DNA of 64,000 bases, taken from Raillietiella orientalis. Taxonomy: Eukaryota. Positions within the stretch are counted from its first letter, which is position 1, and each line of letters begins with the position of its first letter. The notes under the pieces were generated by a model, which saw only the letters and a program-made list of their open reading frames with translations, was not told where the DNA came from and searched no databases. The stretch spans positions 744,001 to 808,000 of the forward strand of contig JAYWIR010000048.1 of NCBI GenBank assembly GCA_036172245.1. The letters run 5' to 3'. Positions 1 to 11,750 of the stretch are shown in pieces. A program made the translations under genes and the position numbers.

Positions 1-1540
1 TGCAGTATGTGATCTGTTATCGAATCCACGGGCCAAGATTCCTACCAAACGATGCCAAGAGCAGCATCCAGCTTCGTCTCATTCTGTCTTGTCTCTGTGT
101 GAGTGCTGTCCACCTACGGCCGGCCATTCAGGCAACAAACTGTGTCCCACTCCATCAAGAAGACCGTCGATGACTTGACCCACTGCAATCATAACGCAGC
201 CGTGTCCCTTTTCGATGTGAGGTACAGTTACAAGAAGAACAAGCCTCACTGGATCAGGGACTAAGTGGTCCCAACAGCGCCCAATACGGTAGAGTAGGTT
301 GGTTTACTAAGTGCTGAAGAAGTTTTCACCTCCTTAGAGGAGGGCTCTATGACGCTGCTCACATCACCCAAGGGTGTGTGTGACTCTTAGAAAGTTAGAA
401 GGCAACCCGGAGGGATAGACCCATGTATCTAAAAAGGCTCTGGGGTAAGGAGTCCGTTAAATTTACGCTTGGGAAGGAACCCCAAAGGGAACCTCTTTCT
501 TATTCTCTCCAGAGTGACTCCCTGAAGGATGTCACTCCATTATTTATCCCGAAAACTGGGAAAGGATCCGCTCCTAGAATTCCTTCTGAGGAGGGCACCA
601 GCTAGGGAACCATTCCTTGTTCTTCATCTGAAGAGAATTACAGAGGAGCGCTTCTGAGTTTCTCTGAAGGGCGTTCCCTGAAAGGAACAGCTCACCTCTT
701 GACACTCTGGAGAGGCATCAGGCAGCTCCATGGTACGCAATGGGAGGTTGGGAGATCCCCCTTCGATGGAGGGTAGCTCCCTTCTCCCAGCCGCAGGGGA
801 ACACTGAAGGAAACCGTTCCCTTGATTTCCGGAAGCATCCCGAAAGGTGGACTTTCAGTCCCGGCCGGTCAACGGAGGTCATCCGGCTTCCACGAGTGCC
901 GCAGCCGAAGCCAACCGAGGTCAACCAGCGTCAACTTGCGGGGAACTCAAAACCCGAGGCTCACCATTTGTCAGCGTAGATCCTTCCCCGGGTGGGATTC
1001 GAACAGACAACGTTTGGAACTGCACGCGCGGAGGCTGCAGCCACATGAAGGCCAACGCGGGCCACAGTGAGGTTGAATTCTTCCCTCAGCCCAGCGTGTT
1101 GCTCTCTGGTCAGTGTGGGACGTCTTGCAAAGACCATCCTGTTCCCTAGAGACAACTCCAGCGACGTTTTGAAGTGCTTCTTCGCGGTCAACCCCAGCGT
1201 GAGGCCTTTGGTCGAGTCGATCGCATCTCTGCTGAGTCTGTGGCTTAGCCTGATGCAAGGATGGGGTTCGGAAAGCGCGGCCATCCACTTGATGACTTCC
1301 TTCCTAAGTAACTCGACGCAGGATGCTCTATGTAGTGGATCCGAGGTTAAAACTTTTCGGGACGCTGCATCGGGTGCAGGAGACTTCAGGAGATTTGCGG
1401 AGACGCTCCCCCATTACCCTATTTTGCTCACCTATTTTTTTGTTTGCTATGTTTGGTGCTCCTCCTTTCCATTCTAGGCGGACCACGCTGACAAACCAGA
1501 GGACTTCCCTGGCCCGTTCGTCCTGAATTTGCCAGAATTC
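1..1540 (+). mobile_element. Decayed L1/Tx1-like LINE, 3' half of ORF2 (copy A)
   Basis: Post-RT 'KKNKPHWIR...GRVG' segment (~230-300), block 430-760 homologous to copies B and C, Cys/His zf-RVT-like remnant near 1000-1070, then a T-rich 3' UTR. Many stops and frameshifts. Confidence 0.6.
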
Positions 1541-1544
1541 CATA

Positions 1545-4500
1545 GGGCGTGGGGTCCATAGGTCCCAAAAACTGACCTTCTTGGAGAGAGGGGGATCCGT
1601 GAGACCCCTGCACAAAAGAAGGCAAGCGGGATCCAGAGGCTGAATGTGCCGCTGGATCTTGGGGGAAACTTCGGATGCGGAAACAAGGAGATTCCATAAA
1701 AAGACTTCAAGGCGCCTGGAATCGGGAGAGGTTTCGCTGCGGAATTCCAAAGAGGTCCTCGATGGGATGCTGGCAGCGGGACAAGATCATTTGGTCCAGC
1801 TTGTGCGCGACCTTATGTCGACCTGGACGCTCTGATCAATTCGATCCGGCATCCGAGGAGGGAACGAGAGAAGTCCCAGTTGTGCCACAGGGTCGCTTAA
1901 CCCTCGGGGGGGCTGCGGGAAATTTCATTTCCTGGAAAGAAACTTCTTCCGGGATCTACGCCTCTCCCGGCGACTGCCTCGTCTTCCGGACGGGTTCTGA
2001 TTGCCCGCGCAGATGATCCGATGGGATCGAGGATCCCCCAGAGCTCGTAGCAGCAGACGTGGTTTTCCTGACGACGGACCGTGGCATCCTGTTTAGAAAC
2101 CCCTGCACCCTGCCTTCCCTGACTCTGCGTTCTCGGGAGCGACCCCATTCCGAATCCACTGAGCTGACTGGAAGCTCCCAGAAGGCAATCCCTGAATTTT
2201 CTGAATGGCAGCCTTCCTTTATCCCTTACGAATGACTCGTGGTCACATGAGAAGACGAAGGTACCCTCCAGGAACAGCAAGACTCTTAGTCCTGCCCCAG
2301 TACGGCGCGGGAATGCGGTTGCCGATGGTGCGAAGGGCAGGATCCATAGGCCGCCGCGCCGCGTCCTGCAGCCCCGAATACGTGTGGGACGGAAGCCTAT
2401 CATTCGTCTCTTCCTCTCCCGGCGGCGAAACCGGAAAGCTGTGGGAGAATCCTGTGGGAAAGTCCGTCCGCGGGGTGGCTCCGTTTAATCCCAGACATCG
2501 ACGGGAGTCTATCCGCAAGTGAGCCGGATCTGGAGGGCTTTGACTTTCGGAAATGGAGTCGCTCTCCGCGCAGAGGAGCGAGGAGCTGCAGGAACCGCCG
2601 AAGGGAAGATGATAAGGGCGCACGAGGGCTCCGAACTCAGGAGCGAGGAGCAACCGTGCCTGTGCGGGAAATTCGAGGAAGAGCAAGGACGTTTCAGGAC
2701 ACGGGGGGAAGGAAACCTTCCTCCAAGGCTTACGCTTCAGAATTCCTCGAACGCGTTTCCCCTTGAACGAAAAGCGTGGAAGCTTCAGGAAGACCCTGTG
2801 CCCGGATATGAATCCAAGTTGACGCTGCACTACCCTCCAGGCTAACCTTGCTCACGGGCAATATTGCTGCCGCTGATCTTAAGGGAGGCGCGATTATTGC
2901 TAGTTGAAAACTACCCTCCAGGCGCGAACGATCCCTACTGCTGCTTTCCCTATTCACTTCTTCCTTCCTTCTCCACCCACTTTTACAAGGGGGAGAGAAG
3001 CAGCGCGTGCATTTGGAAGGAGTGGTCCTCCAAGTTGGTGGGGGGCAACCCCGGAGGGACCACCTTATGGATCCAGAAAGGCTCCTGAGGAAGGGATTCG
3101 TTCCTCTCTCACCCTTGGTAGGGACCACCGAAGGAAACCCTTGCATTGGTTGTCTGCGAAGAAATCCCCTGAAGAAACCTCTTTTCTATTCTCTCTGGAG
3201 AGACCCCTGGAGAAGTGGCTCCTTATTTCTCTTCCGAAGAGAACCCGGAAAGGATATGCTCCTGGAGTTTCTTCTCCGGAGGGAACCCGTAAGGGAACCG
3301 CTTCCTGGTTTCCTCCTTTGAAGAGAACCTCAAACGAATGCTTCCCATTTTCTCTGAAGGGCGCTTTCCGAAGGGAGCAGCTCTTCTCACACTCTGGAGG
3401 GGCGACTTCCCGGAGGGGTATCATCCATCCTCATGGTACGCGGGAGTGTCCATCTTCATAACCAGAGGAAACCCCGAACAGCACCTTGATATCCTGGAAG
3501 AACCGGAAGGGTCAACTTCCAATCTCGAGCAGTGAGCCGAGTCATCTGACTCTTACCAGTGCTGCACTTAAAGCCAACCGAGATCAACCATCGTCATCTT
3601 GCAAAGAGGGGGAATCAAAACCCGCGGCGTACCTCTTATTTCTCAGCGCCGGTCTTTATTCCCCAGGAGGGATTCGAAACCGCGACTCCTGGTGCGCCAC
3701 ACGCAGAGACCGCGGCCAAGTGGGAGATCCAACTCCAGAAGGCGGCTGCACCGCAGCCGACTTTTAGCAGCGCCTCCAAGAAGTCGAGGATCCTTTCTAG
3801 ATCGCCCTTGCAACCGCCCTCCCTCGTCGTCAGGTGACCAAGGCACGTCTGGAGACGGGTCCCTCGTCTACCGTCAGAGGCTCTCGCCGACTGAGCGGGG
3901 TCCTTCCGTATGATATCTTCCCCTCCGGGTCGTTTTTGGAAACGCTCAGAAGGGTCCGACGCGACAGCGCATCTTCCGGAAGACACCTGTTCCGAGGTGG
4001 TTCTCCCTCCGTCCAACGTCGCCCGCGGCTGGGCTGTTGCGCTCGCTGCTCGCTGCGGAAGATCCTCGAAAGTCCTCGAGTGAGCTCGTGGACAGGACTG
4101 ACCTCCTTCCACCCCGAGGGAAGCAAATGGCGAAATGGGAAGACCCCTGCGGGATCGCAGGCAGGAAGGAGGAAATAAGCGGCTGAACAGACCACGAGGC
4201 AACCGACCGACGCTGCGATCTCAATTTGCACTCTGGGGTGAGCTGCTGGGTATCCTTAGTAAAGCTCCGGGGTGGTCCCCGGAACTCCCACACAGCAGCT
4301 TTCTTATTTTTATTTTTATATGTGTATTTGTGGTCTCCTCCCTCTTCCCGTTCTCCTTCCTCCTCCCCTTCCGGACTTTCGGTATACCGACCTGAGTGTC
4401 GAGATCCCCCCTCCTTCGTTTCTTCTGTATCCTTTGTCCGAGAACTCTGTTCCTGGATAGTTTATTAATAAACGCCCCGGCCCACCCGGGTGGAAAACAG
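1545..4500 (+). mobile_element. Decayed L1/Tx1-like LINE (copy B) with intact structured 3' tail
   Basis: Remnant RT motifs (DLEGFD.. ~2527; RGEGNLPP, a QG.PLSP-like remnant, ~2700), array block 3115-3425, terminal motif AATAAACGCCCCGGCCCACCCGGGTGGAAAACAG at 4467-4500. Confidence 0.7.
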
Positions 4501-4607
4501 CAGCTTTCTCCTCCTGAAATGGCAAGAGTTGACTCTTATGACTCTCCAGGTTTCGAGTACCCCCTCAAGATGACGCTGGTTGACCTTTGTTGGCTTCGGG
4601 TTCAGCA

Positions 4608-5950
4608 CTGGTTGACACCCGGTCACGACGGGGCGTTTATTTATAACAAATTAACATCCATGTCTGTGGCAGGACGTTTGATCCTGCCATGTTACTCATA
4701 ACTAGGAGAAACAACTGCCGAGAACTGGCACGCGGACCAGCGGGGTTCCCATAGGCAGCACACTTCGAAGGAGACAAACAAAAAAAACAACATAAAACAA
4801 AAACAAAAAAAGCACACAGTCAATAAAATGGGAAGAAAAGAATTCGAGAAGAGATCACTTGTGGTGGAGGGTGTCCTCTGCATCCTTGTAGGCATGCCGG
4901 AAGCTTTCTGTTTCAAGACACCCAGATGGAGCCATCTTGTCTCTGACCTCATGAAGAGGATGGCAAAATTCATGGCGTCCCTGTCGTTCTGGCTTCCTCT
5001 GGCGCTTCTCCATGAAGCCACGATCCCATGTAGGTAGCACAGTGCTGCTAGGGATGCGGCGGCACTGGTGGAAGCCGGAGATCACCGTATACCTCCGTTG
5101 TCTGGCCAGGATTGGAAGCTGACCCTCGAGGATGCTGTTAGCAATCAAGGAGCCTTTTGGGCTTCCCCTCCGGTTGTATAAATTGTAGCTGTTCCCCCTC
5201 GGAGAGGGATCTTCTATCGCGTACCATGGAGCTGCCTGATGCCTCCCTAGAGTGTCAAGAGGTGCGCTGTTCCCTTCGGGGAACGCCCCTAAAAGAAATT
5301 CGGAAGCGTCCCTCCGGGATTTTCTTCAGAAGAAGAACAAGGAGCCGTTCCCTTTCGGGTGTTCTCCGGAGAATTCCCGCAGCGTATCCTTTTCGGGTTC
5401 CCTCTGCAGAAGCAATAGTAAAGTGGCCTCCTCCGGAGGATTCCTCTAGAGAGAATAAGGAAGGAGATTCCCCTCGGGATTCCCTTCGGAGGCAACAAGA
5501 GTGGAGGGTTTCCCTCCCAGGCGTCAGGGAACGAACTGCTTCCTCCGGAGACTTATACTCATAGGGTGGTCCTATCGGGGTTGCCCCCTAGCTTCAAGAG
5601 TCACAAACACCCTCAAGTGGCTTGGACAGTGTTAAAGAGACAGACGAACGGTTCTTCCGCTAACCAAAAAAAGGGAAAACTCGAATAAGAAAAATTTGGA
5701 AGGAAAGCAGCCACCAAACAGAAAAGAACCCAAAAGGATGTTTATCATCTGTTTCCTAAGTCGTCGGTGGAGATCGTCCGCAGCCCAAAGTAGATGAGGC
5801 GGGTTTCGTCTATCTCCCTTGCCCCAGTGCTGCCCTTCCTAACAAACGCAAGAGTTAGCGTAATCATGGCCAGGTGGGAAGTGACGTGCTTCATAGCAGG
5901 AAAAGCGAAACTTCTAGGGACGTGGACGACTCGGAAAGTAACGGTAAGCT
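4608..5950 (-). mobile_element. Decayed L1/Tx1-like LINE (copy C), tail-to-tail with copy B
   Basis: zf-RVT-like ILEGQLPILARQRRYT...CRRIPSSTV..WD (5148-5025), block 5170-5500 clearly homologous to 470-740 in reverse, tail AATAAACGCCCCGTCGTGACCGGGTGTCAACCAG at 4641-4608. Confidence 0.72.
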
Positions 5951-5959
5951 GCGACTCCG

Positions 5960-6745
5960 AGTGTGTGTCCCACCCCACGGGCTTATGAGCTGAAGAGAGC
6001 TGCTTGGAATCCCTCTGGAAGAGGTGAAGTGGCCCCCAGCGTGCTGGAATAGAGGCGACCTCTCCCTCAAGTGTCAGGAGTCACGTTGCTGGTGTTACAC
6101 TGTGGAATCCTGTGCAAAGAGCGCCTTCACCACTGGATACGGGGAGTGTGGCGCTCAGAGCGCGACAGGTGTGGGAAGAAGAAAGCCCTCTTCAACCTGC
6201 TGTTGGACTGTGCGACCCCTTTGGGATCGCCTCGCGACCATCCTAGCTAACCCGGTGGGTAGCCTCAGGGACATTTTTTCAGATGCCTCTTTCTTCTCGC
6301 ATACCTCACTGCCGCCAGCCGCGTCCCTTGCAGTTCTCTGCTGCCTTCGCGGGATCACGGCGGTCTGGAACGCCGGAAGAAGAGGCAGAAATGGCAGGGA
6401 CGCCATCCACTGGGCGCGGATTTCCTGAGGACCGCCTGGAGATGGCCGCAGCTAGGCGCTGCATGGACGGAACTTGCCAGGATTCTGAACAGGATGCAGA
6501 GGACGCCGGGCAACCTTCCCTCTCCTGCTCCTCCTTGTGCAAAAATTCCCGTCCTTCGTTTTGCGTGTTTTCTTTTATTTTGTTTTCGTTCCTTCTCCAT
6601 CCTCGCTGCCGAAGCGGACCTCGCCGGTCTGAGGGCCACTCTTCGGCAGGTTGCATTCTGATCGAGCGTGGTTGAACGAAGAGTTCCACTACACCAATGT
6701 ATTTTTATTCCTTTATGAAGTAAATGCCCGGGCATAATCTGGAGA
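5960..6745 (+). mobile_element. LINE 3' fragment (zf-RVT plus degenerate 3' tail)
   Basis: RCGK...NLLLDC..LW remnant ~6160-6225, T-rich UTR, then degenerate GACCT.., GAAC..GTTCC and GTAAATGCCCGGG motifs at 6615-6745. Confidence 0.55.
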
Positions 6746-9149
6746 TGATCGTGCGGTTCCTCGCAGAAACGCATCATCGACTTGGATGCATATCTTGGTG
6801 ATAAGTTTTATGTTGCAGTCCGGAACTGTTTGTTTTTTTGAAATCCCATGAAGGATTTCTTGGGTGCTCATCTCTGAAGAACTAATGCGTTTCCCATTCC
6901 TTTCGCGTTGCTGTTTGCTGCAAAGCAATAGAATTCAGAGGGGATGGCGGACTGCGAACAGTCAAAGCGGTGGATGCTGCTATCCTGCTGATAAAATTGG
7001 AACGTGTCGATCTCAAGAGGTTAGCGGGAATGATCCCAACCTTGTAGTAAATACCTGGAAGGGTAAGCATTCGTTTACGCAGAAAGAGATGACGCGGACG
7101 TGATGGGCGCCTTCGGTAATGAGGGTGGAGGGAACTTTCCCAGAAACCCTTGTGCTCAAGAAAGATCTGCTGATTACGTACCACGAGTTCTCGTCAGTAG
7201 GATGCCGGTCAGCGAGGGATTTGACCAAACATGCAGAGCAATCAGTGCAGTCTGTATTGATGCTGCCTGACCATTAAGAAGGGCTTGAGTCTTCCATCTA
7301 CCATGAGCCCGATATGGAGACATTAGTAGGAATGTGATCCTGAATCTATTAATAGAATATACTAAGCGTGGGTCGTGAAAACGGGGGTGGAGGGGACCAA
7401 GGAGAATCCTCATCGCCGGATGTAATTCCCAAATTATTTGGAATGGGAAGCGAAAGAGCACTTTGTATCTATGGACAACCACAAATAAATGATTTCTTCT
7501 CTGCTGCTGAAAAGTCATGAGATGAACTGAAACATGAAATCGGAGTTTCATCTCTGAATAGAAGCATTTTTTTCCGGCAATTTTTGAACGGTGGAAGTGT
7601 CAGAAGAGAAGAGGAACCACGAGTTTTAAGCCGGCATGGAAGTGGTGGAGCGTCCTCAACACTTGTGTGCTTCTTGACAAGATTTGGCTGGGGCGTTTCA
7701 CTTCAGCCCCGTTAGCTTGGTTCGTCAAAATAGATTTTATTTCCTGTGGTATTAAGCAGGAGCACTCCAGGGCTCTTCAGCCATGATTCATTGCGAACTT
7801 ATCAGGAAATAGGTACGGATGTTCGTTACGAAAATCCCCTGGCGTCATGCTCGCGGTAAAGTGAGATGAATGGCCGCAGGAGTTGAGGAACGCGGATGTC
7901 CTTTCCCATTCCATTCGGTTTGGATATTCGGTTGACCGGAGGTCGACGGGAAAACTCGGTACGGAACCTCATCTGTTTTTGTTTTTGTTTTTTTCCTTTT
8001 TCTCCACCTAGCAGAGACAGAGGATACTCGAGGGCTTGAGGTTGGTCACACCGAAGACCCTTAGCCGTCAAGGCTGGAGTCAGGGATTTCGGCATCAGCA
8101 GCGTCGGCGCTCCCGAACAGGGGAAAATCCGACCGCGTAAATCGCGAGCTGTGGATGACTCCTGTCACTGCAAGTTTCCTTCGGGAGTAGGTCGGATTGG
8201 GGAAGCGTGTATTCCTTAAATAAGAAACATCCCTCTTTATTCTTAGCACGGTATTGACAGGGAAATGTGCTTTGAAAGATTTTGAACCAGTTCACATCCC
8301 TTTGAACACTTCTTCTTGATTACTAGAGTTTTTTTTCTAGGTTTGGAATCCGAGCTCGCGGTCCAATTCCAGGGACAGTATTTCTTTCCTGGGGAACCTC
8401 TCAAATACCTGTTCTAAAATAGAAGGCGCCGAGTATCATAAATCAGGGATTGCATTTAACCGCGCTGGAGCAGCGATGAAAAATCCTTGTGCCTCACCAA
8501 AAAGCAACGAGCCAACGTCTGCCTCTCACGATGAATAATTCAGAGTGCTCAGGAAGCACCGGCAAGAGACTGTTCCTCTCTCGTTTCCCGCGCATCCGTG
8601 GTCTCGAGCCTCGAAAACATTTGCTGACTCTGAAGGTTTAAGGAACGCAGGATTCCTTGATGCAGTGCCACAGAGGGAACGGAAGGGGATCCTCGCGCGC
8701 TTGGGGAAACCCCGCCCTTAAAAGCGTGCTCGCATCTTCCGAAGCGAAGGGGACGGGATGGATAGACGCGAGCAGAAGCAGTGGGTTGCAGGGAGAAGGG
8801 AGTTCGCCGTCTCGTAGGGACGCATAGATGCAGCCTCGCTCGATACTTTTGGAGTACGCACTCAGCATTCCTTCAGCATCCCTGCTTCGATGGGGTCAGA
8901 ATGCAACAGTGCAATGCAATGTCGTTTCGACGGAGCAGGAGCCACGATCCCAGCTAAGGGATTCCCTCAGCTGGAATCCGCTAGCGAGCCGGCCGGTGGA
9001 TTCGCGCTGGACGCCCACCCGACTGCAAGCCCTCAACGCTCAATGAGACGCAGCCTCCACGGTCCTCGAACCTTGAGATGACCTACCCCGCGCAGCGAAC
9101 CTCCCTAAAGTTTTTGACCCAGGTTCAGCAAGCGTTCCGGGGTTTTCTG

Positions 9150-10300
9150 GAATTGCTTGCAGTCTGTATGGCAGCTGGGAGGCGCTGTCGACGAACGAGG
9201 TGGTGCCGACCGTTTCCTTAATTCTTTGGTCTTTGGCGCAGGAGGGATTCTCGCAGAGTGCATCCCGAAAATCTCGGGAAAAACCTTAGAAAACCTGCAA
9301 ATGTTTCTGGGTAGTCATAATCAAAGGAGAAGACTGGACGGAAGGGCAGGTGGAAAAAACGGAGCAGCCGAGCCCCCGGATGCAAAGGAACTCTCATTGA
9401 TCTGCTCGCGGAGTAGTTTGGAGCTGAAAAGCAAACAGCGCTGAGCACTTGCAGTCAGTTTTGAGGCTCTGCTTTCAGCATTCTGAGCAGATGAATGATA
9501 CGGGATGAATAGGAAGAGTGAGGTGTTCATCCCGTTCGCACAAGCAAAAGAGCAAAGAGAAGAACTGATCAGGGATAATCTAATGAGAATTCCAGTATGC
9601 AACCAGCAATGGCTGCCAAACGCCATTTTTTACTTTTTCTTGCTTCGGCCTCTCAGGTATGAATATTTTAATGGTGGGCATGGAGAGTTGCAACTGTACT
9701 GGTCCAGACGCGTGTCCAATCAACCATTCGACACTGAGTTTTCCTGTGGAAATGAAACGACCTGGTGCTTCAGAAACGATGTGGTGGGTTTGAGGAACGC
9801 TTCGTCTCGTATCTTCGAGAAGATGATGCGAATGTGATGAGGATTTCACTTCAGTTTCCGCTCAACGTGGTGGGGAAGCAGCACCCTGAAGCTCTTCGGC
9901 TAGTTTCGGAACACGCCTCCATGGCAGTCTTAAACCTTGGAAATGCCCTTCGATGGGGGATTTGCTGAGACAGACTTTCCCTTAACCTTCTCATCTCTGT
10001 GGACCATCGGAACTCAACATCCCTTGGTCAGATGCAGAGCTTGTTTTCGCGCTCTCTACGATGGAGGCTGGATGAAGAAAGAATCCTGTACAGCTCCGTG
10101 GTGCATGCGAGAAACGCACGTCGTTGTTTCTTCCGAAGAAAAGACATAGGAAGCGGCGAAATGGACCGTGAACGCATTAAGCGGAGGAGTGACTACGCCA
10201 AATCTCTCCTTAGGGATCAGCGAAGACTTCTACCCCCCGACTTAACCTGTCGAACGGAAGCATGAAACACCATCTGCTGAGAAAAGTGCCTCCTTGACGA
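9150..10300 (+). mobile_element. Decayed LINE RT / post-RT remnant
   Basis: LWSLAQEGFSQ (RT region after AFDRV) ~9225-9260; VQSTIR..FLWK..LVLQK..GG post-RT remnant ~9710-9790. Confidence 0.5.
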
Positions 10301-10599
10301 TCATTTTCTCACTTAGCTACCTCTATACTTCAAGACAGTTCTTTAGTGGAGACTCGTGCGATTCCCGTTGTCCGAATAACTACTGAACAAGAGAAGGAAG
10401 GTACTTTGCCTTCCTCTTACCGTGACAGGCTGAGTTGGTGGATGCATGGCCGCGGTCTCCGTCCGTGGTACCAAGCCTCAAGTTGAGGGTGAACCTTGTT
10501 TAGAGAATTTGTGGAAACAGGCAAGAGAGCAGGCAAGACGTGAACCATGACAGTGACCAGAGAGCCACGTTTCCTTCCACATCCTATTAATTTGGAAAC

Positions 10600-11750
10600 T
10601 TCAGCTCGCCTTTCGTTCTGAAGCTGAGTTCGCTTTTATTCTTCCTGCAAGTGTACACTTTTCACGAAACGCTGACCACCCGCTTCGAGCACCCACCGTA
10701 GCGTACTTGACGCTGGAAGTACATGAACACTTTCTGAAGGACATGGGATGGAATTTCTCGAAAATTAACTTCGTTTATTTCGTTATCAGCAAACTGCCCT
10801 GGTCCACTCAGCAAGGCCCTTACAGCACTGAGGCGAGTGTGTGTTCTCTTTCAACGATGAACTCGTGGCCATCAGAGGATGTTAATTTGGTATTGGACCT
10901 TCACAACTCCCAAATGTTCTTCGACATTCATCCTTCTTTTCAGCTTCCTCTTTGCAGTTCATTTTCGAAACATCTCCAATGCAGGATTTAACTAATCAGT
11001 AAGTAACCACGAGCATTGCGTTATGGTTATCATTATGCACACAAACCGAAAATTCAACTTCATGATAAGAAAAGTCTGCTCGTAGCTGAGGATACCTCTA
11101 ACTTGACGGGCATCAACTGGAGATACGCGGTTTGTATCACAGCATGTTTAACTGAAGCATAAAATGGCCGTCTTGAGCTCCGATCTCAAAGATGATTTTC
11201 AGCATTCCTTGCGGAGTTAAGAAATCAGCATACTTTGGTGATGGTTCAAATCATCTCGCAAGTGCACAAAGGGTACAATCCGTTGATGCTTCCAGAAAGG
11301 TGGTGGTCCCAGGAACGCACTTCTCACCGGTCGCCACAGCTACATCTCGTCTTTGGCGTCTCGAAAACTAAATGCCTTAGGAGTTGAAATTCTACCAGTT
11401 CCACTGGACTTGACCGTACTCAGAGAGCAACCGAGCAGCAATAAATGGCTCACAACGATGAGTGCCAATCTCAGTGTGGTGGCAAACGCCAGACACAGAT
11501 AACCACTGATGGCATTCGTGCCTTCGTGCACAACGAGGCGCCCATTTTTTTTCTCGTCCATATCGAGGCACGTCGCAGAAGTCATTGGAACCTGAGCAAC
11601 GAATCTGCATCTTCTGAGCAACGGAAGATGGGGATCCTCAACCCTTTCATCTTATCGTGCTTTCAGGGAGTCGGCAAATCATCTAACGAGCTTGCTGATC
11701 AAGCCTTTCGGTAGCGAGAGCGTTTTTCTTGGCGACCGACCTGCTCGTAG
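10600..11750 (-). mobile_element. Decayed LINE 5' part (ORF1 / endonuclease remnant)
   Basis: ORF1 RRM-like IAARLLSEYGQV (~11440-11408), then a Cys-containing knuckle remnant ~11280-11230. Confidence 0.45.

Noticed and set aside
3115..3425. CRISPR-like repeat/spacer array
   Set aside because: Units are highly degenerate, linkers are short, pyrimidine-rich and shared between LINE copies, there are no cas genes, and the context is eukaryotic.
11340..11621. Hydrophobic ORF as a membrane-protein exon
   Set aside because: An overlapping frame carries a LINE ORF1-like LSEYGQV motif, and the splice phase does not fit dpr.
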